Below are positions 13,381 through 27,714 of a stretch of DNA of 64,000 bases, one piece after another. Position 1 is the first letter of the stretch; every line of letters starts with the position of its first letter. Made by a program: the position numbers and the translations under genes. Origin of the DNA: the human T2T-CHM13v2.0 reference genome, Homo sapiens; the NCBI RefSeq assembly GCF_009914755.1, contig NC_060937.1. One strand, given 5' to 3'. Below the pieces are notes generated by a model. It did not search any database. It had not been told where the DNA came from and saw only the letters and a program-made list of their open reading frames with translations.

Positions 13381-14509
13381 TACACATTGTTTTCTTACTG
13401 GTAAAGTGGGAATATCTAGAAGTTGCATGCTACATAAATTCAACCATATATTATTGGCAAAAAATTTTAAAGAAAAACATCAGCTTAAGAGTACTAATTG
13501 AGTACATGCCTTGGAATGAGCATGAGCTGGAAAGAACAAACCTGTTGTTACATCACTCATTGCTGTTTTCATATGCTGCTCATTGTAAATCTTGCTCAGT
13601 GGCATGATTTTAGTGTTTAAAGATTTATTTGTTTGTTTGTTTAGGACAAAGTCCCTACACATAATCTACTTGCTTCATATATACATACTTATGCATATTA
13701 TGTATGTACATACATGCTCTCAGGGCTCACATGAAAAAACAGCCATTCAGGTGATGTGATTTATCTCATATGCTTACTTTAGAGTCAACAGGGTGTTGAC
13801 TCCACTATACAATACTGGCATAGAGAACACATAAGTCAAAGTAGACAGGACCCAGCCGTACCATTGGCTAGGGCACAAATATATTCACATATGTGGAGAA
13901 TGATGTACGTAGAAAGGTCTTCATTGCACAATGCTCTTTAATAAAGATCTGGAAAAAAAAAACACCTAAATGTTCAAAAGGATAGGGTAGATGAAATAAT
14001 GGTACATTATAAAATGGAAGATTATGCAGCCATAAAAATAAGGAAATACCTTAAATAATAACAGAACAACTTTTAAGGTAAGTGAACAAATAAGGTACAT
14101 AATCACTATGCATAGTATGTACCATTTACATAGAAAAAGGGAAGAAAAATAAAATATATATAGTAATTTATTTGTTCTTACATGTGTAAAATTTTTCTGA
14201 AAAATATACCAGAAACTGGTAGCACTGGTTGCTTCCTAGGCAGAAAATGACTGAGTATCCTTTTGTACCTTTTGAATTTTGAACCACGTGAATGAATGTG
14301 TTACCTATGAACAAAATGACAAGTTTAGATCAGCAAGACAGCAGTTTGAGATGAAATGGGATTACACCCTTAGTAGGAAAAACTTTTTAAAGCAGGTGGT
14401 ACTTCTAAGAGCAAATACCTGCACATGGAATGTTGAAACTATAAGGAACTCTCCTTAAGAGATCCATCTATTCCAAACTTCTCATTTTATAGATCTGTAA
14501 ACTGAGACC

Positions 14510-14680
14510 TTAAAAATTCAGTGACTTGCATAAGGTCACACAGCAGAAGAGATGGGATTAGATGCTAGATATTCCAATATCAAGTTTAGACTATTAAAAA
14601 TTCAGTGACTTGTGTAAGGTCACACAGCAGAAGAGATGGGATTAGATGTCAGATATTCCAGTATCAACTTTAGACTATTA
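14510..14680. repeat. 84-bp tandem duplication in a MIR-like element
   Basis: taaaaattcagtgacttg...tttagactat recurs at 14511 and 14595 with a handful of mismatches. Confidence 0.9.
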
Positions 14681-14751
14681 TCACACCATCTTCTCATTTT
14701 CTGGGGGCAAAACAGAACCAAGTAAGTTTGGGCTACATTACGAGTTGTCAT

Positions 14752-15066
14752 GTTTTTGTTTTTGTTTTTTTGAGATGGAGTCTTGCTCTGTCGCTCAGGC
14801 TGGAGTGCAGTGGTGTAATCTCAGCTCATTGCAATCTCTGACCCCCGGGGTTCAAGCAATTCTCCCTGCCTTAGCCTCCCGAGTAGCTGGGTTTACAGGC
14901 GCCTCCCACCGCGCCCGGTTAATTTTTGTATTTTTTTTTTTTTTTTTTAGTAGAGACGGGGTTTCACCATCTTGGCCAGGCTGGTCTTGAACTCCTGACC
15001 TCGTGATCCACCCACCTCAGCCTCCCAAAGTGCTGGGATTACAGGTGTGAGCCACCACGCCCGGCC
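14752..15066 (-). mobile_element. Alu (S-type)
   Basis: Full length, TSD gagttgtcatgtttt. Confidence 0.9.
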
Positions 15067-16727
15067 GAGTTGTCATGTTTTATCTAAATTTTAGAGTCTA
15101 ATGTATAAATTAACCTTAAGCCCTGAAACTACTAATTTCTTGTTTGGATCACTATACGGCTACACTTAAAAATATGCTGTGCATACCTCTATCATTGCAT
15201 GTATACAATATGATAGATGCATGATATGACAGACACACAATATGATACACGTATTTTTTTCTATCCTAACACATCTGAATTTACTGAAATAACTAAAATG
15301 TCTTAAGTTACTTTTTTAAATATACACATGCATAGCACAAGCGTGTTGCCAAAAATATGAATACAGGTTTACAATTCCTTAACTAAAACCCAAGGGTTGG
15401 ATGTGTTTTAGAAATAAGAATTTCATACAATTTTTAAGTGTTACAGGGTATATAAACCATTATATAACACATACCAGGGGCCAAGGGCAGCACCCCATAA
15501 TCAAACATATTAATATAGTTTCAGCAAAACACATGGGATAAAGACTATATACAGCTTCTCAATAGTTCAGGTCATATTTTGCTACCAAATGAATTTTGTT
15601 GCCAAGCTTAAGAAGTTTTTGGTTTTCACCGCTTTCTGAATGTTAGATTGAGATGTGGGATTACAGACTGTACTCATAGAGTGCTTCTAGAAAGCAGTCA
15701 GTCACTGCAACTCTCATTTTTTTTTTATGAGACTAAAAAAGAAATCATAGCAAGTAGCTTTTATATCCCAGGTTTGGGCCAAAGACTTGTATTGTGGTTA
15801 AGGAATCTAACTTAGTAGAAGGTGCACGAGCTGACATCGTGAGTGGCTAAAATGAGAGAAAAAAAGAGAAAATCCTAATCATACAGAAGCACTGAACTAC
15901 TGCAGCTGTTCGTTAGTTATTAATTTAATAAAAGCTTCCTCCCTTTAAATCATGTGAGTTTATAACTGGAAATAGGTCAATAAAATTTCTGTCCCACACT
16001 GCTGACAAGCGATGGACGCAATTAGCTTTAATCCCACTGGAAGGTACTGCACTCTCTCTGGGACCAGGATATGTAGAAAAAAGCATTTCAAATATATAGG
16101 AATAACCAGAAATGTATACAGTATTCTCAACTTGGGACCGTTACTCTATAATATAAACGAAAGGGGTTTTCTAGTCAATCTCTGCTGATCTCCTGTACCA
16201 AAGTTCTTCCCTTTATAAGTCTTGTACTACCTTTTACAAGAGGAAAAAGCTCTAGAGCGAAAACACAGAACACACTAAAATCCCTTCCTTTCTCTTTACA
16301 ACTCAAGCCCCGCCTCCATTTTGTTTCTGTTACTAATTTTTCTTCTGAAAAAATACCAAATTTACACTGAAAGACTAAAATTCAACTTTGCAGACAACGT
16401 TTTAAAAAATACAATTCAGTTTGGTGATGTTGTTTTGCAGTCTTACAATTTTAGCTACATTTTAACTGAACCAATTGTTTTGTTCAATTTATGAGTTAAT
16501 ACTCAGCAAGTTTGTTTTTTACAAATAGTGTATTCCATTCTAAAAATGGAAGTAGCAGTGGTGAACAAGAAAACAACCCTCTGAGTTTTGTCTATTTCAG
16601 GAGGAAGTACTACTTTCTCCAATTTTAATCACAATTCATAAAAAAGAAAAACCTAACTAGCTAGATCTTAAATATACAAATACATTAATAATCTAGTAAA
16701 GCAACAGAAAAAGGTAAACAAACTAAC

Positions 16728-17654
16728 CAGCCTATTTTTGTCTGGAGAAACCCCAACAAACTGCTGGATTCCTTGGCCATTTGCATTCAGAAGTACCAAA
16801 AACTAAAATCCTTTTTACTAAATAATTTCTTCTACACGAGACTTGTTTCCTCCACACCACCCTATCCAAATTGTCAGCATTATTCCAGAATATAATCATT
16901 TAGTTTGAGACCACTAAAAAACCCCGCAGTCCAAAATACCAATTGTGGTTTTTCTGTAAAGAAATGGTCAGAAACTACAAATTGTTATCCTAGGACACAG
17001 AACCAATCGACCAAAAGGACTTCTGGAATATGCTGCCCCCAAGATTTAGAATGCACAGGCAGAAATAGCATACGCGGTCACGATGTCCCTTAAGCCACAT
17101 GACCTTCCTACGAAAGCAAAGGCTTAAACTTATCAAATGAGAACTCCCCCTTTCTCTGAAGTTAAAACAAGGCAGGGCAGCTGGAATTAGAGCAGCAGGG
17201 ACAGATCGGCTGTTGACTAGTCAGAACGGGTCGTGGAATGCAAAGTCCCTGCGCTTTCGCTGCTCCCCTTACCGTGAGAAGATCTGGGAGGGAGGAAAGG
17301 AGGAGAAACACCCCAGAATCCTGGTAGAAAAGCCCCTGGCCTCGAAGATGGGCTCTAGGGAGACAGGGAGGGGCAGCTCCGTGTGTGATGACCCTTTGTG
17401 AACATGCACTCTGTGGCAGCTTCAGCTCCACCGAGGCTTTGGGAGAGCGGACTACGGATGCCCGGCGCGGCCCAGCTGTGAAGGCCGCGCCGGCGGAGAG
17501 GGTCCATGGCACCCCCGCCGGCTTCGGAAGCCCTTCCCTCTCCCACCTCCGCGGGTCACCCCAGGAACCAGCGGCTCCCGACCACGCTCGCGCGGACCAC
17601 GGAACAGCGACGCGCAAGCAGGTCTCTTTCGTCAGCGTAATCCCTCCGCAGAAA
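16728..17654 (-). other. HMGB1: Candidate divergent non-coding first exon (distal HMGB1 leader)
   Basis: Minus-strand donors CTG|GTTAGT (exon end 16728) and ACG|GTAAGG (exon end 17273) are visible in the sequence. The HMGB1 assignment and the 5' end rest on recalled locus organisation (HMGB1 head-to-head with USPL1), not on sequence in this window. Confidence 0.55.
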
Positions 17655-18130
17655 GCCGCGCACTAGTTTTAATCACGCCCCACCCCCTGGCCGCTGGCGC
17701 CACCTCCGCCACTCGGGCGCTTTCCAGCAGCTTCCAGAAACGTCGCCTCCCCAAACCCAGCCACTCACACATGGCGGGCTCAGCAGCCACCGGCCCCGCC
17801 CCTCCTCGTCGCCGCAGTCGCAACTGCGTCTGCGGCCACAGGGCGGACAGCCACGCCTCTGCGGAGGGCGACCGGAAGTGCTCACGTCTTCACCTTCCCC
17901 GCCACGCCACCGTCCTTTCAGGCCCAGCGTGCAGCAGGAAGGAGGACTCTTTTGCCGCGGACTCAAGCCGGAAGCCGCCTTCCTAGTGGAGACGCGAGTG
18001 GGGGAGGAGCAGTCCGAGGGGAACGTGGGTTGAACGTTGCAACTAGGGTGGAGATCAAGCTGGAACAGGAGTTCCGATCGACCCGGTACCAAGAAGGGGA
18101 GTGCCCGCGGCAGGTAAGGGAGAAGAGGGA
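17400..18130. promoter_or_regulatory. CpG-island, TATA-less, probably bidirectional promoter
   Basis: Dense CpG and high GC. ETS/GABP site ACCGGAAGTG at 17871 and GCCGGAAG at 17967, YY1-like CATGGCGG at ~17770, GC box GGCCCCGCCC at ~17792, KLF-like CACGCCCCACCC at ~17674. Confidence 0.85.
17960..18113 (+). other. USPL1: USPL1 exon 1 (non-coding; 5' end approximate)
   Basis: Lies in the CpG island and ends at a strong donor, CAG|GTAAGG (18113/18114). No ATG between 17960 and 18113. The TSS cannot be fixed from sequence alone. Confidence 0.8.
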
Positions 18131-19902
18131 GGGGTTTCTTTCCGCTCTCGAAATTGGGAAAAGAGACAGAGCTGGGATGACCTATGGGGTAGTCGGCGCG
18201 CTGAAAGGATGGGCTGGGCTGGGACGGGGTTCAAGTGGGAAAGGTTGATGATTAAGGTATAGAGTTGGACTTACAGATCCGTTTGGGCGCAGAGAGGTGA
18301 ACGCTGAAGAGAAACCAGAGTTTGTTTTCGTTTTCCAAGGAGCGTGGAGATGGGCAGGGTTAACGGACCCTGCGCCTCCTTCGGCTTCTTAGTTTGGGTG
18401 TTGAAACTCACCTCCTTTGGTCCTGTTCGTCTCTGATTCAAGACAGTTGGGTTTGGTACCTGACAGGGCTGGGTGCAGAAAGCTGACCCTGTTCCTCGGC
18501 TTCCAGGTCGGTTGTGGCCTCGCTTTTGACAGTTCACGTGCCGAGCCTACTCGCTCTCGGAGGGCGAGCTCAAATGGGTGGGTTTAAGGCCCCCTCTTCG
18601 AACAGCTGTTTCCCTGGGTTTCTCCATTTTGCACACAGGAGTGTGAATTAAGTTTAATTGAATACTTTTTGCGATTCCCAGGGCCACCTTGACACGTTCA
18701 TTGTGCTATCTAACTGGGTTCATGCTGGGCTAATAATTCACATTAAGGCTTCTGGAGTATAAGTGGTTCACAGAAGTATGAAAAGGGGATGTTAGAAGAA
18801 AGATGCTGGGGGTGAAGTAGAGTTGAGGAAGACAGAACTGGAAAGCTAGGTTGGTTTCACAGTACAATGAGCTTTAGGTCATAATACTACCTTTAGGTTA
18901 TATTGGGCTGTTTGGACGGAGTTTGCTGTAATCAGGCTAGAGTAAATAGAGAATTTTAAACTAAGCATTGACAGGCTCAGACTTGTAGAGGCATCATTTT
19001 GACAGTGATATGGAAGGGAAAGAGGTAGAGATTTGAGACCTTTCCAAAGAACTGTCCACAGAATTTGGTGACTTACTGTGCGAAGAGGGAAATAAAGAAT
19101 AGGGAACAACTCAAGACTTTCTAGTCTGTGTGTTTGGAAGGATGGAGACGCCCACATTTAAGTGAGATATGGGAAGGAGGAGCAGATTGTTTTTGAAGGG
19201 AGGAAGAGCAGTTACTTAGGGTCAAATTAAGTTGTAAAATCCCCCCCGGGATTTTGTATGTAAGTCAAAGTGAATTGTATTTGGAAGAAGAACTGGGGAG
19301 CCCACCTCTGGTATTTTTTTTATGTCCCTCATATGGACAAATAAACCTCTGGTATTAAATGAATTTTCTTTTGGGGGATTCTATATATTCGGGATTTCAA
19401 CCACCAACCTATCTGGTTTTTCCCGCTGAAATGTTGGGTGATGGAATCAGGAGAGCAGATTTGGAGACTCTTTATATTTTATAATTGAGAGAGACAAAGA
19501 GAAAACCGTTTGATTTGAAAAAGTTTTCTAGGTTCCCTCAGGTAGATGGAAATTTTCATCAAAAACAGTTTATTCAAGGTACATAGCCTACTAGTTTCCC
19601 ATTTGAGAGTACCGCAGAATGATACGACGTGTACTGCTTCTCTACGCAGAATGAAGTATAAAATTAGCACCAAATAGTAACTTTAATTTGTCAGGTGCTA
19701 AACTTTTTACATGCTTTATCTCATTTAATTCTTAGAAGAAACTAATTTTACAAGTAAGTGTCTGGACCAACATCTGCAGGTACAAAGCCTGAAAAGCGTA
19801 AGTTTGACTCCTACATAGTTCTCTTTTGTAAGTAGATTATAAATAGAACCAGCCAAAGGTAATAAGTTGTCTGTGCCTAAAAAGAAAGAAAAAAGTTAGC
19901 AT

Positions 19903-20090
19903 CAGTAGTTCTCACCAGAAGGGGTGATTTTGCTTACCAGGGGACATTTGGCAAGTCAGGAAACTTTTGGCTGTTGGATCTAGAGGGTAAAGGTCAGTGA
20001 CGCTGCTAAACATCGTCAGTGCATAGAACAGCCTTCACAAACAATTATTTGGTCAAAGATATTTGTAGTGCTGCAGTTGAGAAATTTCTG
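19903..20090 (+). mobile_element. MER20
   Basis: cagtagttctca...ggggacatttggcaa...gctaaacatc...gttgagaaa. Confidence 0.7.
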
Positions 20091-21197
20091 TCTTATGGTT
20101 ATTTCTTCAGGAATAGGAAATTAAGATTCGCCGATACTTTCTTTAAAAAGCAGTTTTATTTTTGAAATTATTCCTTGGCTTGAAAGGTTTGTGAAGTTTA
20201 TATAGCCGAACCAGAATAGCGTAATTAGATTTTAAAGTGAATTGTGAGCCATCGATTCCCAGGAGATGGGTGTCATAGAATCATGGATTCTTGGATTTGG
20301 GAAAGACTTATGCCTAGAATTATTTTACAACATTTCTGCTAAGTGGTAATTCTCCTCTGCCCTAAAGGTCTCCTGTATTTGATTTTCCTATCATTGTGAA
20401 CCCACAATTAAAATGCTCTTAATTATTTTTTGCTTACACTGAGCTCCGGTCTCTTGTAATTTTTACTCTGTTAAATGTAGTTCTGCACCATAGGACTGCA
20501 CTCAAAACAAGCTTGCCACATATGTAATTTGTACTAGGACAGTGTTTATATTTTTGTTCAGATAACAAAATAAGTTAAATGTGGTGTAAATTAGATCATT
20601 TACAAATAATAATTTGTTAGCAGCTTTTAATAAGTAGTATTTTTCCCAACTGGTGAAGTATTAATGTTGGTAGTTGAAAACAATAGGAATGTATGGAATA
20701 TATGGTTCACTGGTTCTTTTGTTCCTGTCAAATAGTGGCACAATGGATCTGGGGTTTTTCTCAGTATAATGCTGGCATATTTGTTTCAAATTGTACATAG
20801 ACTCTAAAAAGTTAGGCTTTCAAATTCTGGTCAATATAGTTTGCTTTAAATAGTAGCTGCCTCTACTACAAGTTTTATTTAATTTGTTGACAAATGAGTC
20901 TGCTATGAAAACCGGTCCTGTTGCCAGTCACTACCCTCTGTTCACAAATTTGCTGGGTTTATAAATATAGGTATCATTTTCACTTCAAGATTATAATTTT
21001 AGAATATGTTTATTCTAGGACATATAGCCCTCAAAATCTGCTTACTATATACGTCTTATAAAATAGCATGGTTCTTTTTTATAGTAAATAGAATTTTTAT
21101 TTAATTGTCTATTGACTTTTTTTTTCCAGGGTTCATTGAAAAAATCCTTAGTGATATTGACATGTCTCAAGTGACATAAATTAGCCAATGACTCGGA

Positions 21198-21296
21198 ATG
21201 ATGGATTCTCCGAAGATTGGAAATGGTTTGCCAGTGATTGGACCAGGGACTGATATAGGGATATCTTCACTCCACATGGTGGGGTATTTGGGAAAA
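21198..21296 (+). CDS. USPL1: USPL1 exon 2 coding part (exon starts 21130), aa 1-33
   Basis: Acceptor tttttccag|G at 21129/21130. ATGATG at 21198 encodes MMDSPKIGNGLPVIGPGTDIGISSLHMVGYLGK. Donor AAA|GTTAGT. Confidence 0.95.
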
Positions 21297-21820
21297 GTTA
21301 GTGAACTTATTTTTTGCCTGAGTGCAAAGTTTTTTTTTTTTCTCTATTTTTGAGACTTAAATTCAATTTTGATGTTACCAGTTAACTTCTAAAAAATTGT
21401 GTCTTCCACGGAAATCTTACAGTAATGGCGAAAGATTGTTTTAATGTGTTTACCTTTCTGTGTTTTATTGATACATGAAAGTGGAAATAAAACATAGACC
21501 TTATGATTTACTGTTCTTTGAAAATATGGTACATAAATTCTCCCGGGTAGTTGATGTTACTTTTTTCCTTGCAAATAAAATTGATACTATTCTTAACACA
21601 TAAAATTTAATATTTAAAACTATAACATAATTCTTTTTGGAATAATAGCTGTATTTAAAGGCTTATATGCATTTCTTTTGTTTGCCATGTTTAAAATACC
21701 TTGTCAGGATACTTGTAATTGAAAATTATAATTTTTTCTGGTTACCTTTCCATTTAACTTTTAATATTTTGATATATTCTAGGAATGTCTATATTTTAAT
21801 TTGCTTTATTTCTCTTTTAG

Positions 21821-21949
21821 AATTTTGATTCAGCTAAAGTTCCATCAGATGAGTATTGCCCTGCTTGTAGAGAGAAGGGAAAGTTAAAAGCCTTAAAGAC
21901 TTACCGAATTAGTTTTCAAGAATCTATCTTTTTGTGTGAGGATCTGCAG
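21821..21949 (+). CDS. USPL1: USPL1 exon 3, aa 34-76
   Basis: ttttag|AAT ... CAG|gtaaag, 129 nt, phase 0-0. Encodes NFDSAKVPSDEYCPACREKG...FLCEDLQ. Confidence 0.95.
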
Positions 21950-23559
21950 GTAAAGTATTAATCTTATATAGTATATATAAGATTTTTCTTTTTTCTTTTG
22001 CTTTTTTATTAATTGTTTTAAAAGTTTACTCATTTTTTGTTTTTTAGACTAGATTTTTAATATGTAATCTCAGTTTGTAAGTCTGTCTGGTATACAATGT
22101 TATTTTTCCACCTACCTTTACTTGGTTGCGTAAAGATGTTCGTTTTTATTGCCATTTGATTTGCGAGAGGAGAAAATACATTTCAAGGTTTTTTTCTTTT
22201 TTTTTAACCTTTTGGAGGTCCTTGTTAGCTATTAGCATATAGTAGTTACTCTCTCATCTCTTTGGTTTATCTTTGCAACTGATGGGAAAAGTTATGAATT
22301 TCTAATGTACCTGGAAGAGTATTTTGGAAATTGGTTAGTCCAAAACCAGTATATATACTCTGAACTAAAGAGAGTATAGAATCTTGTAAATTCTAAAAGA
22401 TCCTTTTAGAAGCTCTAAATCGCTTTTAGAATTATAGTAATTTGTACCGACTGGTACGGCTTTTATATAGCAGCTCATTAAATTCTGTAATACTCCACAT
22501 TTTATTGTATTTGACAGTTTATGAGACTGTCTCATACACTTTTAATTCTCAGAACTTTGCAAGATTTGTATTCCTATTTCATGAATAAGAAAATAAATTG
22601 ATTTCAGAGGGTTTGGGAACATAAGATCCTGATACAGTGGCAGAGCTGTGGTTGGAATACAGACTTCTAATTTCAGATCTGTTTATTCCAGCAAAAAATT
22701 AGCAGTTCATCAGAATTACCTGGAGTGCTTTTAATAAATTTCTGAGTATCACCCCCAGATGCTGATTCAATAGAGTTGGCCCAGAATTCTGTGGTTTTGT
22801 AACATTTGAGGATGAGTCTGATCATCATCAGCCAGGTTTGGAAAATACTAGACTAAATCACATGGTTGTTAATAGATACTTATGCTGGGTATAATTTGAA
22901 GTAAAGTAATCCCAGGCGTGTCTACAAATATAAATTTCTTTATGTTTATATTCAGTAATTTTTTTTATGAGTGTCACTGTTTGGCACTGTTGCAGATACA
23001 ATGTTAGGATACAATAATAAAACAAAAATTTCTTGCCCTTAAGGAAGTTATGTCATAGAGTGGGAAAGACAGTGAACAAGTATGTGTTTTTCTGTCAGGT
23101 GATAAAAAGTGCTGTGGAGAAAAATAAGGCAGTAGGGACTGGAATGCCAAAGTAGGGGGAGTTTGCAATTTTAAATAGGATGGTGAGGGGAACGCTTCAA
23201 TGAAAAGTGCAATTCGAGCAAAAGCCTGAAAGAGGTGAAGAGCAGTGAGCTTTCTAGGCAGGGGAAGCAAGTTCCAGGAAGGCCCTGAGAGAATGGAGGC
23301 TGCCTGTCATGTTTGTGCTACTGCAATGAAAGCAGCAGAGCGATAGAAGGTGGATCAGAAAAATAATGGGGGAGCTGGACCAAGTAGGGTCTTATAAGCC
23401 ATTGTAAGCTTTCTGGCTTTTACTATGGGTGAAACCAGGAACCATGGCAGAGATGTTGGCAGAGGAGTGACATAAGTTGACTTCGGTGTTAAAAGCATTA
23501 CTGTGGCTGCACTGTTGAAAATATATGTAATGGGCAAGACCTGAAGCAGGGAGATTAGT

Positions 23560-24320
23560 TATAGTATAATATGAATTATATTTGGTCCTTGTCTATGGTT
23601 TCTGTTACAGAGCTAAAAGTCTTGGAATTTCCTGAATGATAAGAGTGTCCTGTTATTCAGAATGAGCCTGTTTGCTAACACCGGGGTTCATACTATTGTG
23701 GTGACTTAGGATGGAGCCGTAGATAGCCTCAGATGGGGCAAGTAGCTGGAAAGACCACATGATTAGAGAATTAACGGGTTAGAACTTTTAGCCCCACGTA
23801 CAGGCCTCCAGGAAAGGAGTGGAGGGGCTGGAGATCAAGCTGTATAAAAATATCAAGATTTGGATTTAATGAGTGGGTTGCTGGGGGCTGGTGCCGTGTA
23901 GGAGGTGGTATGCTTAGAGGAAGTGGAAGCTTCATACCTCTTCTGTCCCATACCTTGCCCTACTCATTTCTTCATCTATACCCTTTATAATATCCTTTAG
24001 GATAAACCAATAAACATAAGTAAGTGTTTGTTTGAGTTCTGCGAGCTGTCCTTGCAAACTAGTTATGCCCAAGAAGGGGGAGTGGGAACCTTTGTAGCCA
24101 GTCAGTCAGATGTACTGGTGGCCTGGATGTGGGATTGGCATCTGAAGTGGAGGGAGTCATGGGACTGAGCCCTCAACCTGTAGGATCTGACATGGTCTCT
24201 AGGTAGATAACATCCAAATGGAATTGGATTATAGGATACCCATTTGGTGTCCTCTGGAGAATTGCTTGGTGTGGGGAAAAAGCCCCCACACATCTGGTCA
24301 CAAAAGTGTGCTGGGAGGAT
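23560..24320 (+). mobile_element. MER21/MER77-like LTR nested in an L2
   Basis: cttggaatttcctgaatgataagag...tgattagag...ctgagccctcaacctgtaggatctg...cccccacacatctggtca. Confidence 0.65.
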
Positions 24321-24326
24321 AGAATA

Positions 24327-25124
<798 letters not shown>

Positions 25125-25416
25125 AGTAGAAAGGAAAAAAAGCTTTTTTCCCTTTGGACTAGTTGAAGGCAGTTGCAGTATTCTGGGGGAGAGGGTGGTG
25201 GCAGAGGTGTTGAGGCATGGTTGGAGTTTATTTATACTTTGAAGGTAAAGCCAACAGGATTTGCTGAAAGATTGGGATATGGGGTTGGAAAGAGGAATCA
25301 AGGATAGTTCCAAGATTTTTGGCTTGAAAAATTAGAAGAATGGAATCGTGAATTACTGAGCTGGGAAGACTTGGAAGAGCAAGGTTTTGGGGAGAAGATC
25401 AGGACTGTAAGAATAG

Positions 25417-25833
<417 letters not shown>

Positions 25834-26088
25834 TGATAAAGCAAAAAATATATAATCAAGAATTTTAAGTATATACTTTGGAAATGTTAAAAAGGAACAT
25901 GAGTAATTTATTATTATTTTTTTAATTTCTAGTCGGCAATGAGAGCCCAGTGTACTTTATGAAGTAGATTGGTTTACACCAGGAGTGAGCAGACATTTTG
26001 TATGATGCACAAACAAGGAATGATTTTTTTGTTTTTTAAATGGTTAGGAAAATATCAAAATAAAAAATGCCAGAAAAAATCAAAAGAA

Positions 26089-26402
26089 GGGCCAGGTGCA
26101 GTGTTTCACACCTGTAATCCCAGCACTTTGGGAGGCCAAGGTGGGTGGATTCTCTTGAGGTCAGGAGTTCGAGACCAGCCTGGCCAACATGGTGAAAACC
26201 TGTCTCTACTAAAAATACAAAATAGCCGGGTGTGGTGGCATATGCCTGTAATCCCAGCTACTTGGGAGGCTGAGGCAGGAGAGTCGCTTGAAGCCAGTGG
26301 CAGAAGTTGCAGTGAGCCAAGATTTGAGCCACTGCACTCCAGCCTGGGCGACAGAGGAGACTCTATCTCAAAATAAATAAATAAATAAATAAATAAATAA
26401 AT
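26089..26402 (+). mobile_element. Alu (S-type) with (TAAA)n tail, inside a MER58-like element
   Basis: TSD aaatcaaaagaag. Confidence 0.9.
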
Positions 26403-27714
26403 CAAAAGAAGAATACCCTTTCATAATATGTGAAAATTAAATGAAATTCAAATTTCAGTGTTCATAAATAAAGTTTTACCGGAACATAGCCATGCTCAAT
26501 CATTTATGTATTGTTCATGGCTTCTTTTGCATACAACAACAGAGTTGGGTAGTTGTGACAGACTATGTAGCTCATAAAATCTAAATATTTATTATCTAGC
26601 CCTTTATCAGTAAACTTTGCTGATCCCTGTATAAGTCCTCTGAATCAAATTATTTCCAAAGAGTTCTGTTATAAAATTTGGAGTTTACTCTGCTGTAAAT
26701 TGCAAAGAACCATTTGGAAAACCTCTTTTAGTCAGGTATTTACATTAAAATGTTCCTTGATTTGTAAACACTAATATTCAAGACTGGTCCAAAATTATAC
26801 CAAATTGAAACTCTCAAGTGTTTTTAAACAGTAGGAAGTTTTAACTTTTTTTTTTTCGTGGAGTAGTCTATCATTCAGCGTTTACTTTGGAACATTTAAT
26901 TAGTCTTTTTTAAAAACCCATGAAATTTATAATAAAAATTTTAAATCATTAATGTTGAGTAATCAAAGAAAACTTTTTTTGTTTTCTCCATTTGTAAAAT
27001 GAGTACATTATTATTATAATTTGTCTTTGGCCATACCTTGTTGATAATTACTTATACAAGTATAAGAAGACATGGTATGTTTTCCTTTTTCCTATTTCAC
27101 AAGAATAAGTACAGGAATTTACTTAAGCTGCTCCAAAACTCAGTGAAAGAGACAGGATTAGGTTTTTTTCAGCATTGGATTTTAAATGATACTAGATGGT
27201 TGCGCTGGGCTAAAATACTAATGCTTTGTGTATATTTTTATGACTTTTTTGAAGACAGCTTAAAAGCTTTATTCTAGTTATAAAAATGATACATGTTCAC
27301 TGTAAATAGAAACAAGTCAGGTATACAGAGATACAAATATTTAGAACATGTGGAAAGAGGCAACAAAATTTTATAAAAAGAAAAAAGATAAAAATCTGAA
27401 ATCATTAATTTATAAGGGAAAAATCAGGGCAAGGACAAATTATATTACAGATTGGCCTATGGTGGGAGCACAGATTATATAGAGAAAAGTCAGTGAAGAC
27501 ACTTGCGAAGAGTGTGGGTGGAAATCACTAAGTTTTGCAGTCCCGGGGCCTCTTATGGTTTATTACTGTTTTGTTCTTTTTTTTTTTTAATATGCATTCC
27601 TTTGGAACCAAGGGTTTATTATGTTTTGAATAAAGTAGAGGTGTAAGTAGGATGCATATACCATGATCTTGACTACTTGAGATTCACAAAGGGTTTTCGT
27701 CTCAGGATTTTTTT

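Noticed and set aside
17162-18248. Long GC-rich ORFs of 93-151 aa at the promoter
   Set aside because: Mostly non-ATG starts, and stop codons are expected to be scarce in a CpG island. Only the strong-Kozak ATG at 17507 was kept as a finding.
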